A stretch of 64,000 nt of DNA, taken from an uncultured Lachnospiraceae bacterium. Its GTDB lineage: Bacteria > Bacillota > Clostridia > Lachnospirales > Lachnospiraceae. Below, piece by piece: positions 28,422 to 36,562 of this stretch (its first letter is position 1; each line of letters opens with the position of its first letter). The translations under genes and the position numbers were made by a program. The stretch is from assembly GCA_910588825.1 (NCBI GenBank), contig CAJURF010000009.1, positions 7,553 through 71,552 of the forward strand, in the 5' to 3' direction. Under the pieces are notes generated by a model. The model was not told the origin of the DNA and searched no databases. It saw only the letters and a list, made by a program, of their open reading frames with translations.

Positions 28422-28895
28422 ATGAGAGGATTTTGGATAAAGACAGTCAGCCTGCTGGGGGTGGTCTGTGTACTGGCAGGTTATGACAAAGTTCTGGCAG
28501 CCAGGGAAAAGGATGAAGAAATCGCCCGGCTGAATGCCCGGGTGGAAGCCATGGAAGAATTTCTTTGCAGCAATATGGGCACACAGGCAGAAGAAGAAAC
28601 AGAGAAAGAGACAAAGATGGACAGCATTTATGCAGACGGGGAATGGGAGGGGGAGGCTCAGGGATTTGGCGGGCCTGTCTCGGTGAAAGTGACAGTGGAA
28701 GGGGGAAAGCTGGCCCAGATAGAGGTTTTGTCGGCAGAAAAGGAAGACCAGACGTATCTGTCTATGGCAGAGGCCATATTGCCAGCCATGCGGCAGGCTC
28801 AGTCCCCGGAGGTGGACACCATAAGCGGAGCCACTTTCAGTTCCCAGGGCCTGAAAGACGCGGTAATGCAGGCGCTTGAGAAGGCGGAAAAGTGA
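28422..28895 (+). CDS. FMN-binding domain protein (single FMN_bind domain, signal anchor)
   Basis: N-terminal TM/signal (IKTVSLLGVVCVLAG). C-terminal DTISGATFSSQG flavinylation motif. SD AAGGGGG. Confidence 0.7.
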   Translation: MRGFWIKTVSLLGVVCVLAGYDKVLAAREKDEEIARLNARVEAMEEFLCSNMGTQAEEETEKETKMDSIYADGEWEGEAQGFGGPVSVKVTVEGGKLAQIEVLSAEKEDQTYLSMAEAILPAMRQAQSPEVDTISGATFSSQGLKDAVMQALEKAEK

Positions 28896-28896
28896 C

Positions 28897-29778
28897 ATGG
28901 AGAGAAAGAAGTTTCATATAGGGAATCTCACGGCAAGACAAAGGAAAAAGCTGCATATGTGGCTCAGGGCGGCGGTTCAGCTTATTTGTTTCCTGTTCTT
29001 TTCTTCGGCGTTTACCGCGGCTTTCGGCGGTGTGAAGTATATAGCCGTTCAGCTGGGGGCAGGAGAGAAGGTGGAATGGACTGGGTTTACGACGGCTTTA
29101 GCCGGATTGTGCGGTTTTACCATTGTATTCGGCCGGTTTTTCTGCGGATTTGCCTGCGCGTTTGGAAGCCTGGGAGATTTTGTCCATAGAGTGTACTGCC
29201 AGATTTGTAAGAAGTTCAGGAGAAAGCCGCTGAAATTAGACGGGAAGTGGAGTACAGGCCTGTCGTCTCTGAAATATTTTGTTCTGGCAGCTGTTGCTGT
29301 GCTGTGTTTTCTGGGAATTTACCCCAGGCTTCGGGGAAGCAGCCCCTGGGATGTGTTTTCCATGATCTGCAGAGGGAATTTCCAGCTTGCCGGATATATT
29401 CCGGGAATTATCATATTGTTGTTGATTTTGGCGGGTATGTGTGTGCAGGAACGGTTTTTCTGCCGCTTCTTATGTCCCATGGGGGCAGTGTTTTCCATGC
29501 TGCCGGTGCTGCCGGTATTTTCCCTGAGTAGGAACCGGGAAACATGCGCTCCCAGATGCTCGGCGTGTACAGGCAGGTGTCCTTCGGATATCCAGCTTCC
29601 CGCAGACGGCTCCTATGAAACACCGGGAGACTGCTTCCAGTGCCAGAAATGCGTGGATACCTGTCCGAAACAGAACATCCATTGCCAGGGCGTGGAGGGA
29701 TTGAGGGGCAACGAGGCTTGGTTCACAGTGGTCCGCAGTGGAATCTTCATAGCAGTGTGTATATGGATTGGAATTTGA
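28897..29778 (+). CDS. NapH/MauN/NosR-type 4Fe-4S-binding integral membrane protein
   Basis: Polytopic, with RFFCGFACAFG and RFFCRFLCPMGA motifs. Two C-terminal ferredoxin motifs CAPRCSACTGRCP and CFQCQKCVDTCP. Confidence 0.75.
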   Translation: MERKKFHIGNLTARQRKKLHMWLRAAVQLICFLFFSSAFTAAFGGVKYIAVQLGAGEKVEWTGFTTALAGLCGFTIVFGRFFCGFACAFGSLGDFVHRVYCQICKKFRRKPLKLDGKWSTGLSSLKYFVLAAVAVLCFLGIYPRLRGSSPWDVFSMICRGNFQLAGYIPGIIILLLILAGMCVQERFFCRFLCPMGAVFSMLPVLPVFSLSRNRETCAPRCSACTGRCPSDIQLPADGSYETPGDCFQCQKCVDTCPKQNIHCQGVEGLRGNEAWFTVVRSGIFIAVCIWIGI

Positions 29779-29838
29779 GCAGTAGTCAGATTTTGGGTTA
29801 GTTTTTACTAATCAAAAAAAGATAACGGAAGATTAATC

Positions 29839-29860
29839 GCCGTTGAAAACGGCTTTTAAT
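29839..29860 (+). terminator. Weak terminator-like hairpin between FMN cluster and LRR protein gene
   Basis: gccgtt-gaa-aacggc followed by TTTTAAT. Short 6-bp stem. Confidence 0.35.
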
Positions 29861-29892
29861 AAAATTTCAAAACAAGGAGGAACTTACAGATT

Positions 29893-32331
29893 ATGATGAG
29901 AAAAGACATTTCGGCAAAATTTCTTGCCATGGCGCTGTCTATCTCCATGCCTGCCGGGCTTTGTATGCCTGCAGTACCTGCATTTGCCGCGGAAGAAAGC
30001 AGTGTAGTGCAGGAGGGAGTTAATAGAGAAGCCGGCGTTTCGGTTAAAAGCATGCCGGGGACAGAAACGGCGGAAGTGACAGCCGGGAATCCAGAAGAAG
30101 TGCCGGACATGGCCCGGGAAGAAATAGCAGAAGACGGGACTGAGGCAGAGAAGTGTGAACCAGAAGATGAGAAAGCTGGTTCAGGAGTAAATGAGGCAGC
30201 AGAAGAAACAGCCAATGAACAGCAGGCTGCCGTAAAGAGCGGACAGTTTGTATTGATGAACATCCCATACGATGATTTCTATAAAGCAGAAATCAATAAT
30301 GATGTTCAGGTTGATGCGTTTACCTCCGCTACACTGAATAAGACCAGGACAGGCGGCAATACTTCCGACGGACTGGCAGCTGGTTCCTATCATGTAAACG
30401 CAGACGGCACAGATATTACAGGGGTGATCTATCCGGTTAAAATAGGGGAAGGCGTGGATCTCACAGGTTATAAGGAGGTGCAGGACAGCGACAGTCTTGA
30501 GATCACTGTGACTAACCGGGGACAGACTTCCACCACAGCTTATACCGGCAGGGAAACACTGTTTGAAAACCCCAGCTATTCCTATTATGTGCTCAGCCAA
30601 AATGAGGTTCCTGACAATTATAAAGAAGTAACTGTGGAAAACCAAAAGCTGGTGTTCGGAAAAGCTCAGGGAAATGTAACCGTTGTGAAAGCTGAGGATG
30701 TGGATGTATCCCTTCAGACAGAAACCAGCTACGGCGATTATGGAATGAAAATAACTAAGAAAGGCACCTCTGAGGTTCCTGATTTCCTGAATGATGTCAA
30801 GGTGTACGGCGTTGTGATCGGCACGGATACCAATGGATATGGACTGCGCCATTTGGAAAATATCTGGAGAAAGTATGACCTGGCATGGTGTACAGGATTT
30901 ACCACAAAGGTTCATAACGGTCCCACATCTTCAGAGCACTATAAGAGCATGATGGGGCAGACCATACGGAAAGTCACTTACTTTACAGACAAGGGCATTT
31001 ATGAAATTGGGTTAGACGGAACTTACATACCAGTTAAATTTCCTTATTCACTGGAAGCATCCAATGCCCCCACAACAGCAGGTTCTGTTCAGATCAGCCT
31101 CAGCGGTCTGCCAAATGACTACAAACCTCAGTATGAAGCGGCCAATCTGGCAGGCGCTGTAGTGAACGGGAATATATTATCCTATACAAAGGAAAATGCT
31201 GAAAAAGGCCAGTATACCCTGAAAATCACAGACCAAGGCGGAAAATACGCCTCTATCAGCACCACATTCCAGCTGTATGTGGATGCGCCGGTTATCTATC
31301 ATTCCAATGATAAGAAACTTGTGTTGAAATCAGGTATGGCAGAGAAGGATTTCACAGATTATGTCAGCAGTATCACATCCGCAGAAGTAAATGGGAAATC
31401 TTATGCGGCAAGCGGGAGAAATTCAGTGAAGCTGGTCAATGAAGACGGTACACTGAAGACAGATGCGGAACCCATTACAGCAGACGGAATTTACCATATT
31501 GTGCTGAGCGCCACGGGATATGCTCCAGTTGAATTTAATTACTCACCCAATATGAAATTGGAGAAACTGGAGGAGGGCATTCAGAAAGCCGGTAAATTAA
31601 AAGCCTCTGTTTATACAGCCGCCAGCTGGAAAAACATGCAGACAGCTCTTACTGTGGCTGAGGAAACGCTGAAGACTGCCAGTTCACAGGAAGAAGTGGA
31701 CAAGGCGGCTGCAGAACTGAACAAGGCAGTGAGTGGGCTGGTGAAGGCGCGGCCGAAAACAGGCACAGTGGTCAAGTCCGGAACCGTCAATTATCAGGTG
31801 AAAACATCCACCACGGTGGCCGCGTCAGGGCCATCCAGCAAGTCAGTGACAAAAGTATCTATTCCGGCATCAATAGTGATCAACGGATACACTTATAAAG
31901 TAACATCTATAGCCAATGAGGCATTTTCCGGCTGTACCAGGCTGAAAACAGCCACCATCGGAAAAAATGTTGCCACAATTGGAACAAAGGCATTTTATAA
32001 TTGTAAAGCAGTCACCCAGGTAACCGTATCTTCCACTGCTTTGACCAAGATTGGAAATTCGGCGTTTATGGGCTGTACTGCAATGACAGGATTCAGTGCC
32101 AGGTCCGCGAAACTGGCTTCCATAGGAAGTAAGGCGTTTTACGGGGATAAGAAGCTGAAAACAATTTCCCTGCACACATCGAAACTGGCCAAGGCAAAAG
32201 TCGGTGCCAGCGCTTTTAAAAAGATAAAGACGTCCTGTGTATTCAAAGTGCCATCTAAGAAAATGAAAGCTTATAAAAAAATATTCCAGGCGAAAGGCGC
32301 GGGAAACAAAATTAAAGTAAAGAAAATATAG
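29893..32331 (+). CDS. Large secreted cell-surface protein with C-terminal BspA-type leucine-rich repeats
   Basis: Signal peptide (AMALSISMPAGLCMPAVPAFAAEE). C-terminal repeats ...IANEAFSGCTRLKTATIGKNVATIGTKAFYNC.... Acidic N-terminal region. SD AAGGAGGAA. Confidence 0.7.
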   Translation: MMRKDISAKFLAMALSISMPAGLCMPAVPAFAAEESSVVQEGVNREAGVSVKSMPGTETAEVTAGNPEEVPDMAREEIAEDGTEAEKCEPEDEKAGSGVNEAAEETANEQQAAVKSGQFVLMNIPYDDFYKAEINNDVQVDAFTSATLNKTRTGGNTSDGLAAGSYHVNADGTDITGVIYPVKIGEGVDLTGYKEVQDSDSLEITVTNRGQTSTTAYTGRETLFENPSYSYYVLSQNEVPDNYKEVTVENQKLVFGKAQGNVTVVKAEDVDVSLQTETSYGDYGMKITKKGTSEVPDFLNDVKVYGVVIGTDTNGYGLRHLENIWRKYDLAWCTGFTTKVHNGPTSSEHYKSMMGQTIRKVTYFTDKGIYEIGLDGTYIPVKFPYSLEASNAPTTAGSVQISLSGLPNDYKPQYEAANLAGAVVNGNILSYTKENAEKGQYTLKITDQGGKYASISTTFQLYVDAPVIYHSNDKKLVLKSGMAEKDFTDYVSSITSAEVNGKSYAASGRNSVKLVNEDGTLKTDAEPITADGIYHIVLSATGYAPVEFNYSPNMKLEKLEEGIQKAGKLKASVYTAASWKNMQTALTVAEETLKTASSQEEVDKAAAELNKAVSGLVKARPKTGTVVKSGTVNYQVKTSTTVAASGPSSKSVTKVSIPASIVINGYTYKVTSIANEAFSGCTRLKTATIGKNVATIGTKAFYNCKAVTQVTVSSTALTKIGNSAFMGCTAMTGFSARSAKLASIGSKAFYGDKKLKTISLHTSKLAKAKVGASAFKKIKTSCVFKVPSKKMKAYKKIFQAKGAGNKIKVKKI

Positions 32332-32344
32332 ACCAGTAAGAAAA

Positions 32345-32380
32345 AGTCTGCTGTGGTTATGCCGCGGCAGACTTTTTGAT
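32345..32380. terminator. Bidirectional rho-independent terminator between convergent genes
   Basis: agtctgc-(loop)-gcagact followed by TTTTT on the plus strand. The minus strand also reads through a T-run. Confidence 0.55.
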
Positions 32381-32391
32381 CTGTGCAATCT

Positions 32392-32922
32392 TCAGGCCGC
32401 ATAGAAGGAGGCCAGCAGCACGCTGGCGGCAATACCGGCTAAAGTTGACAGCAGCGCGCCTGTGAGAGTATAGCGGGTCTTTGTAATCTTTGCCGTCATA
32501 AAATATACTGACATAGTATAAAATATGGTCTCCGTACAGCTCAAAAGCAGGGAGGCAATCAGACCAATGCGGGAATCTGTTCCGTATTCCTTGAATATAT
32601 CCAGCGCCAGCCCGGTTGCTGCGGAAGATGAGAACATGCGTACAAAAGCCAGCGGCACAAGGGGGGCGGGAAAGCCGAGGGGGTCTGTAATTTTTCCCAG
32701 GTAATTGCCCAGCATATCCAGGAAACCGGAGCCCCGCAGGATTCCCACGGCTACCATCAGGCCGATTAGTGTGGGCAGGATTTTTACGACAGTTTTCAGT
32801 CCTTCGGCCGCGCCGGACACGAAGGACTCATAGACTTTTACTTTCTGAAGAATGCCAAAAGCAATAATGTAGAAAATAATCAGTGGAATCGTGACTTCTG
32901 ATAAAAACAGGAGAAATTTCAT
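32392..32922 (-). CDS. spmB: Spore maturation protein B-like nucleoside-recognition (Gate) domain membrane protein
   Basis: KVYESFVSGAAEGLKTVVKILPTLIGLMVAVGILRGSGFLDML closely matches the conserved SpmB core. Confidence 0.7.
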   Translation of the reverse strand: MKFLLFLSEVTIPLIIFYIIAFGILQKVKVYESFVSGAAEGLKTVVKILPTLIGLMVAVGILRGSGFLDMLGNYLGKITDPLGFPAPLVPLAFVRMFSSSAATGLALDIFKEYGTDSRIGLIASLLLSCTETIFYTMSVYFMTAKITKTRYTLTGALLSTLAGIAASVLLASFYAA

Positions 32923-33002
32923 GGCTTGCCCCTTTGCCGCTGTTGTTTTTATTGTATGCGGTTTGGGGAGAAATCTGAACCGGAAAACATTTTTCTTTTA
33001 TC

Positions 33003-33749
33003 TCACACCCGTTTCAACCGAAACCAATAAGAATAAAGGTCCGAAAACCCGAGACTGCTGTAAAGATTTTTGGCAGAGACATTGTCAGGCAGCACCTGCA
33101 GGTAGGCGTGCCGTGCACCCTGGCGGATTCCCTCATTTAATATGCGGATACAGATGGAGCGTGCCAGGTGCTGGCGGCGGTAGAAGGGGTCCACATGGAT
33201 GGCATACAGTCCGATGTGGTCTCTGTCCAGAATTCCCAGTCCGATGGCGGCAATGCGGCCTTTCCTGACTACGGCTGCGGCGATGGTGTCTTTTGGGATG
33301 GCGGCATACATGGTGGGAACGATTCTGCGGTGTATCCGGCTGGTGGTTCCCTTCAGGGAAAACAGGGCATCCAGCCACTCCCAGCTGATATCCTTATCCA
33401 GCTCAACATCTATTTCCGGCTGAAAGGAAAAATCTTTTAAATCCAGTACCTTCACCTGAGTGGGGTGGGCGGTCTGGTATCCCCGCTTTTTCAGAAGCAG
33501 GTCGAATTTTGGGTCAATCAGCGGTGTGATTTTGAAAATGCAGGGAGTTCCCCAGTGATTATAGATACTTTCACAATAGGGTATTTTCACATCCAGCGGG
33601 ATACTGGAAGTTCCAATCTGTTCCACAGAGTTTGTCCGGTGGGTATAGAAGTGGGAAAAGCGCAGCAGCCATCCGTCATATACCTGAAGCTGGTGAGAAG
33701 GCCAGGCGTTCAGGGAAAGATCTTCTATGGTTTTTATGTAGGCCTGCAT
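33003..33749 (-). CDS. GNAT family N-acetyltransferase (C-terminal GNAT fold)
   Basis: GNAT motif A region IHVDPFYRRQHLARSI and ...NLYSSLGF C-terminal motif. Confidence 0.6.
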   Translation of the reverse strand: MQAYIKTIEDLSLNAWPSHQLQVYDGWLLRFSHFYTHRTNSVEQIGTSSIPLDVKIPYCESIYNHWGTPCIFKITPLIDPKFDLLLKKRGYQTAHPTQVKVLDLKDFSFQPEIDVELDKDISWEWLDALFSLKGTTSRIHRRIVPTMYAAIPKDTIAAAVVRKGRIAAIGLGILDRDHIGLYAIHVDPFYRRQHLARSICIRILNEGIRQGARHAYLQVLPDNVSAKNLYSSLGFSDLYSYWFRLKRV

Positions 33750-33911
33750 GGAAACCCCTCCTCTTTCATAATTACCCGTTTTGTTTTGTCCAAACCCGCG
33801 GCATCTGAATTTTGCACCATTTTATCACAGTACAGCGTTTCTTTCAAGAAATACCTGATACATGTCTATACAGAGGATATTCATATATTGTTTTGACTTT
33901 GCCCCCTAATA

Positions 33912-36557
33912 ATGATATTATTAAAGTATTGTAATGTTTCAAGATATAATATAAGTAAAAAGGTGATTCTGAAAGTGAAAAAGAGACATAAAAAGGGAAA
34001 GAGCGGGAATGGTCCCGGTCTGATTCTGTCCATTCTGCTGACTTTTTGTATTTTAGGAACCATTGTTTATTTTGTTGCCAGGAGAATCTCGTCGGAAATG
34101 TCTCAATCAGCGATCAGCAACTTAAGTGAGAGCCTGGAACTGGTCAGGGGTACGATAGAGGCTATTTTGGATAAGGAAGCGGAGTTCCAGAAACTGATGG
34201 CGCAGGAAATCTCGGTTATGGGAAACCCAGAAAAGTTCATCCAGTCGTACAGCGGCAGCCAGACTATGGTAAAGATTTCCTATATTGCAGAGGGGACGAC
34301 GAAAGGGGTTTCGAATACAGGGGAAGAATTTACAGCAGAGGAACTGGATTTTTCATCGGGAAAGTCGGTGGGCGGCCTGCCGGTTTCCACTTCTTATTTG
34401 AATGATATGGGAACCTGGGCATATACAATCAAATGTCCGGTGGTCAGAAATGGTAGAGAGACAGCAGTGCTTTACATAGAATATATCTATGATTCCTTTG
34501 ATGAGGCACTGCCCAGCAGTTTTTATAACCGAAAAGCGACTCTCTACATTATGGATGCAAAAAGCCGCAGGTTTGTGTTAAAACCCAAAGGGCTGAAGGA
34601 GCGGACCCTGGGCCATCTGGATTTGAATGACTTTTACCGTGCCAATTTGATTCTTGAACCGGAGATTCAGGAAGAAGTTTCGCAGTGCATCAGGACTCAG
34701 CGGGATATTATGTTTTACCATACGATTCAGCAGAAAGATTCGCTGATTTATATGTGGGCCGTCAATGAGGGGGCTGTCTATCTGGTGGGGTATGTGCCCA
34801 TAGAGGCCATTCAGCGTGAAGGGGACGCAGTAAACCAGAATATCTTTATTGTGGTCTTTGTAATGCTGGTGGCATTTGTGATCTGCTGCATTTTATATTT
34901 TCTGAATAACAGACAGCAGATGAGATACCGAAAAGAGCAGGAGCGGGAAAGGGAGCTTCATAATCAGCAGCTGGCTGAGGCGCTGCAGGCGGCGCAGATT
35001 GCCAGCAGTTCGAAGACCACATTTTTATCGAATATGTCCCATGATATCCGGACTCCCATGAATGCAATTCTGGGATTTACCATACTGCTTGCAAAAGACG
35101 CGGATAATCCTGGAAAAGTCAGAGAATATACGAAGAAAATCACTGCCTCCGGCCAGCATCTTCTGAGCCTGATCAATGATGTGCTGGATGTCTCTAAAAT
35201 TGAGAGCGGAAAAGTGGTGCTTACCATCGGGGAGTTTACCCTGAACAATATGGTTTCTTCTGTAGATGCCATTATCCGGCCAATGGCCAGAGAAAAGGGA
35301 CAGGAATTTGAGGTTTTAGTCAGCGGTGTGAAACAGGAGCATTTAATCGGTGATGAGACGAGGATTAACCAAATTCTTATTAATCTGCTGTCCAATGCCG
35401 TGAAATATACCCAGGAGGGTGGAAACATATGGCTGCGCATTATCGGGCTGGGGCAGCACTCCAGCCAGTATGAACACATACGGATTGAGGTGGAAGATAA
35501 CGGGTATGGCATGAGCCAGGATTACCTGGAGGTGATTTTTGATGCATTTACCCGGGCGGAAAACAGCACCACCAATAAAGTCCAGGGGACCGGTCTTGGA
35601 ATGGCAATCACAAAAAATATTGTGGAGCTTATGGGCGGCACCATACAGGTGTCCAGCCAGGTGGATAAGGGAAGTCTTTTTATTGTTGAACTGGATCTTC
35701 GCATTCCGGATGGGAAGTCGGATGAGCAGTTCTGGCAGGAGAACAAGATCCACCGGATTCTCGTGGTGGACGATGAGACGGATATGGGCAGAAATATCCA
35801 GATGCTTATGGAAGATGCCGGGGTACAGGCGGAACTGGCATTTTGCGGGGAAGATGCGCTTTGCCGGATACGCAGTGCCCAGGAGATGGGAGAACATTAT
35901 GATGTGATTCTTCTGGACTGGAAAATGCCGGATATGGATGGAATAGAGACAGCAAGGTGCATACGAAAGATTGTCCCGGACGGCACACTTATTTTACTCC
36001 TGAGTGCCCATGATTGGGATGAGATAGAAGAAGATGCCGTCGGGGCAGGGATTCAGGGTTTTCTCACAAAGCCGTTTTTTGTGTCTGCTTTTAAAGAAAA
36101 GATTTTTGAGATCAATACAGCCCATGACCAGGAAATACAGGCGTCAGAGAACGCAAAAGAGCATAGTCTGAACGGGGTGCATTTTCTGGTGGCAGAGGAT
36201 AATGAGATCAATTCAGAGATTCTGGAAGAACTGCTGGAGGTGGAGGGAGCGGTCTGCCACATTGCAGAAAACGGCCATCTGGCAGTGGAAGCTTTCAAAA
36301 ATGCTCCTCCGGGAACATTCGATGCTATTTTGATGGATGTGCAGATGCCTGTTATGAACGGCTATGAGGCAACCCTGGCAATCCGGTCATTGGAGCGGGA
36401 AGACGCGGAAACTATACCGATTATTGCCATGACGGCAAATGCCTTTGCGGAGGATGTGAGAGATGCAAAAGACGCGGGTATGAATGACCATATAGCAAAA
36501 CCCATTGATATGGATATTGTGAGGAAAACATTGTATAAATATCTGAAGGAGAAATAG
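33912..36557 (+). CDS. Hybrid sensor histidine kinase/response regulator (TM-flanked extracytoplasmic sensor domain, HisKA, HATPase, two receivers)
   Basis: H-box SHDIRTPMNAI, GTGLGMAI, two REC domains (VVDDETD...LLDWKMPDMDG and LVAEDNEIN...LMDVQMPVMNG). Alternative GTG start at 33975 with SD AAAAGGTGA. Confidence 0.85.
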   Translation: MILLKYCNVSRYNISKKVILKVKKRHKKGKSGNGPGLILSILLTFCILGTIVYFVARRISSEMSQSAISNLSESLELVRGTIEAILDKEAEFQKLMAQEISVMGNPEKFIQSYSGSQTMVKISYIAEGTTKGVSNTGEEFTAEELDFSSGKSVGGLPVSTSYLNDMGTWAYTIKCPVVRNGRETAVLYIEYIYDSFDEALPSSFYNRKATLYIMDAKSRRFVLKPKGLKERTLGHLDLNDFYRANLILEPEIQEEVSQCIRTQRDIMFYHTIQQKDSLIYMWAVNEGAVYLVGYVPIEAIQREGDAVNQNIFIVVFVMLVAFVICCILYFLNNRQQMRYRKEQERERELHNQQLAEALQAAQIASSSKTTFLSNMSHDIRTPMNAILGFTILLAKDADNPGKVREYTKKITASGQHLLSLINDVLDVSKIESGKVVLTIGEFTLNNMVSSVDAIIRPMAREKGQEFEVLVSGVKQEHLIGDETRINQILINLLSNAVKYTQEGGNIWLRIIGLGQHSSQYEHIRIEVEDNGYGMSQDYLEVIFDAFTRAENSTTNKVQGTGLGMAITKNIVELMGGTIQVSSQVDKGSLFIVELDLRIPDGKSDEQFWQENKIHRILVVDDETDMGRNIQMLMEDAGVQAELAFCGEDALCRIRSAQEMGEHYDVILLDWKMPDMDGIETARCIRKIVPDGTLILLLSAHDWDEIEEDAVGAGIQGFLTKPFFVSAFKEKIFEINTAHDQEIQASENAKEHSLNGVHFLVAEDNEINSEILEELLEVEGAVCHIAENGHLAVEAFKNAPPGTFDAILMDVQMPVMNGYEATLAIRSLEREDAETIPIIAMTANAFAEDVRDAKDAGMNDHIAKPIDMDIVRKTLYKYLKEK

Positions 36558-36562
36558 TAACC

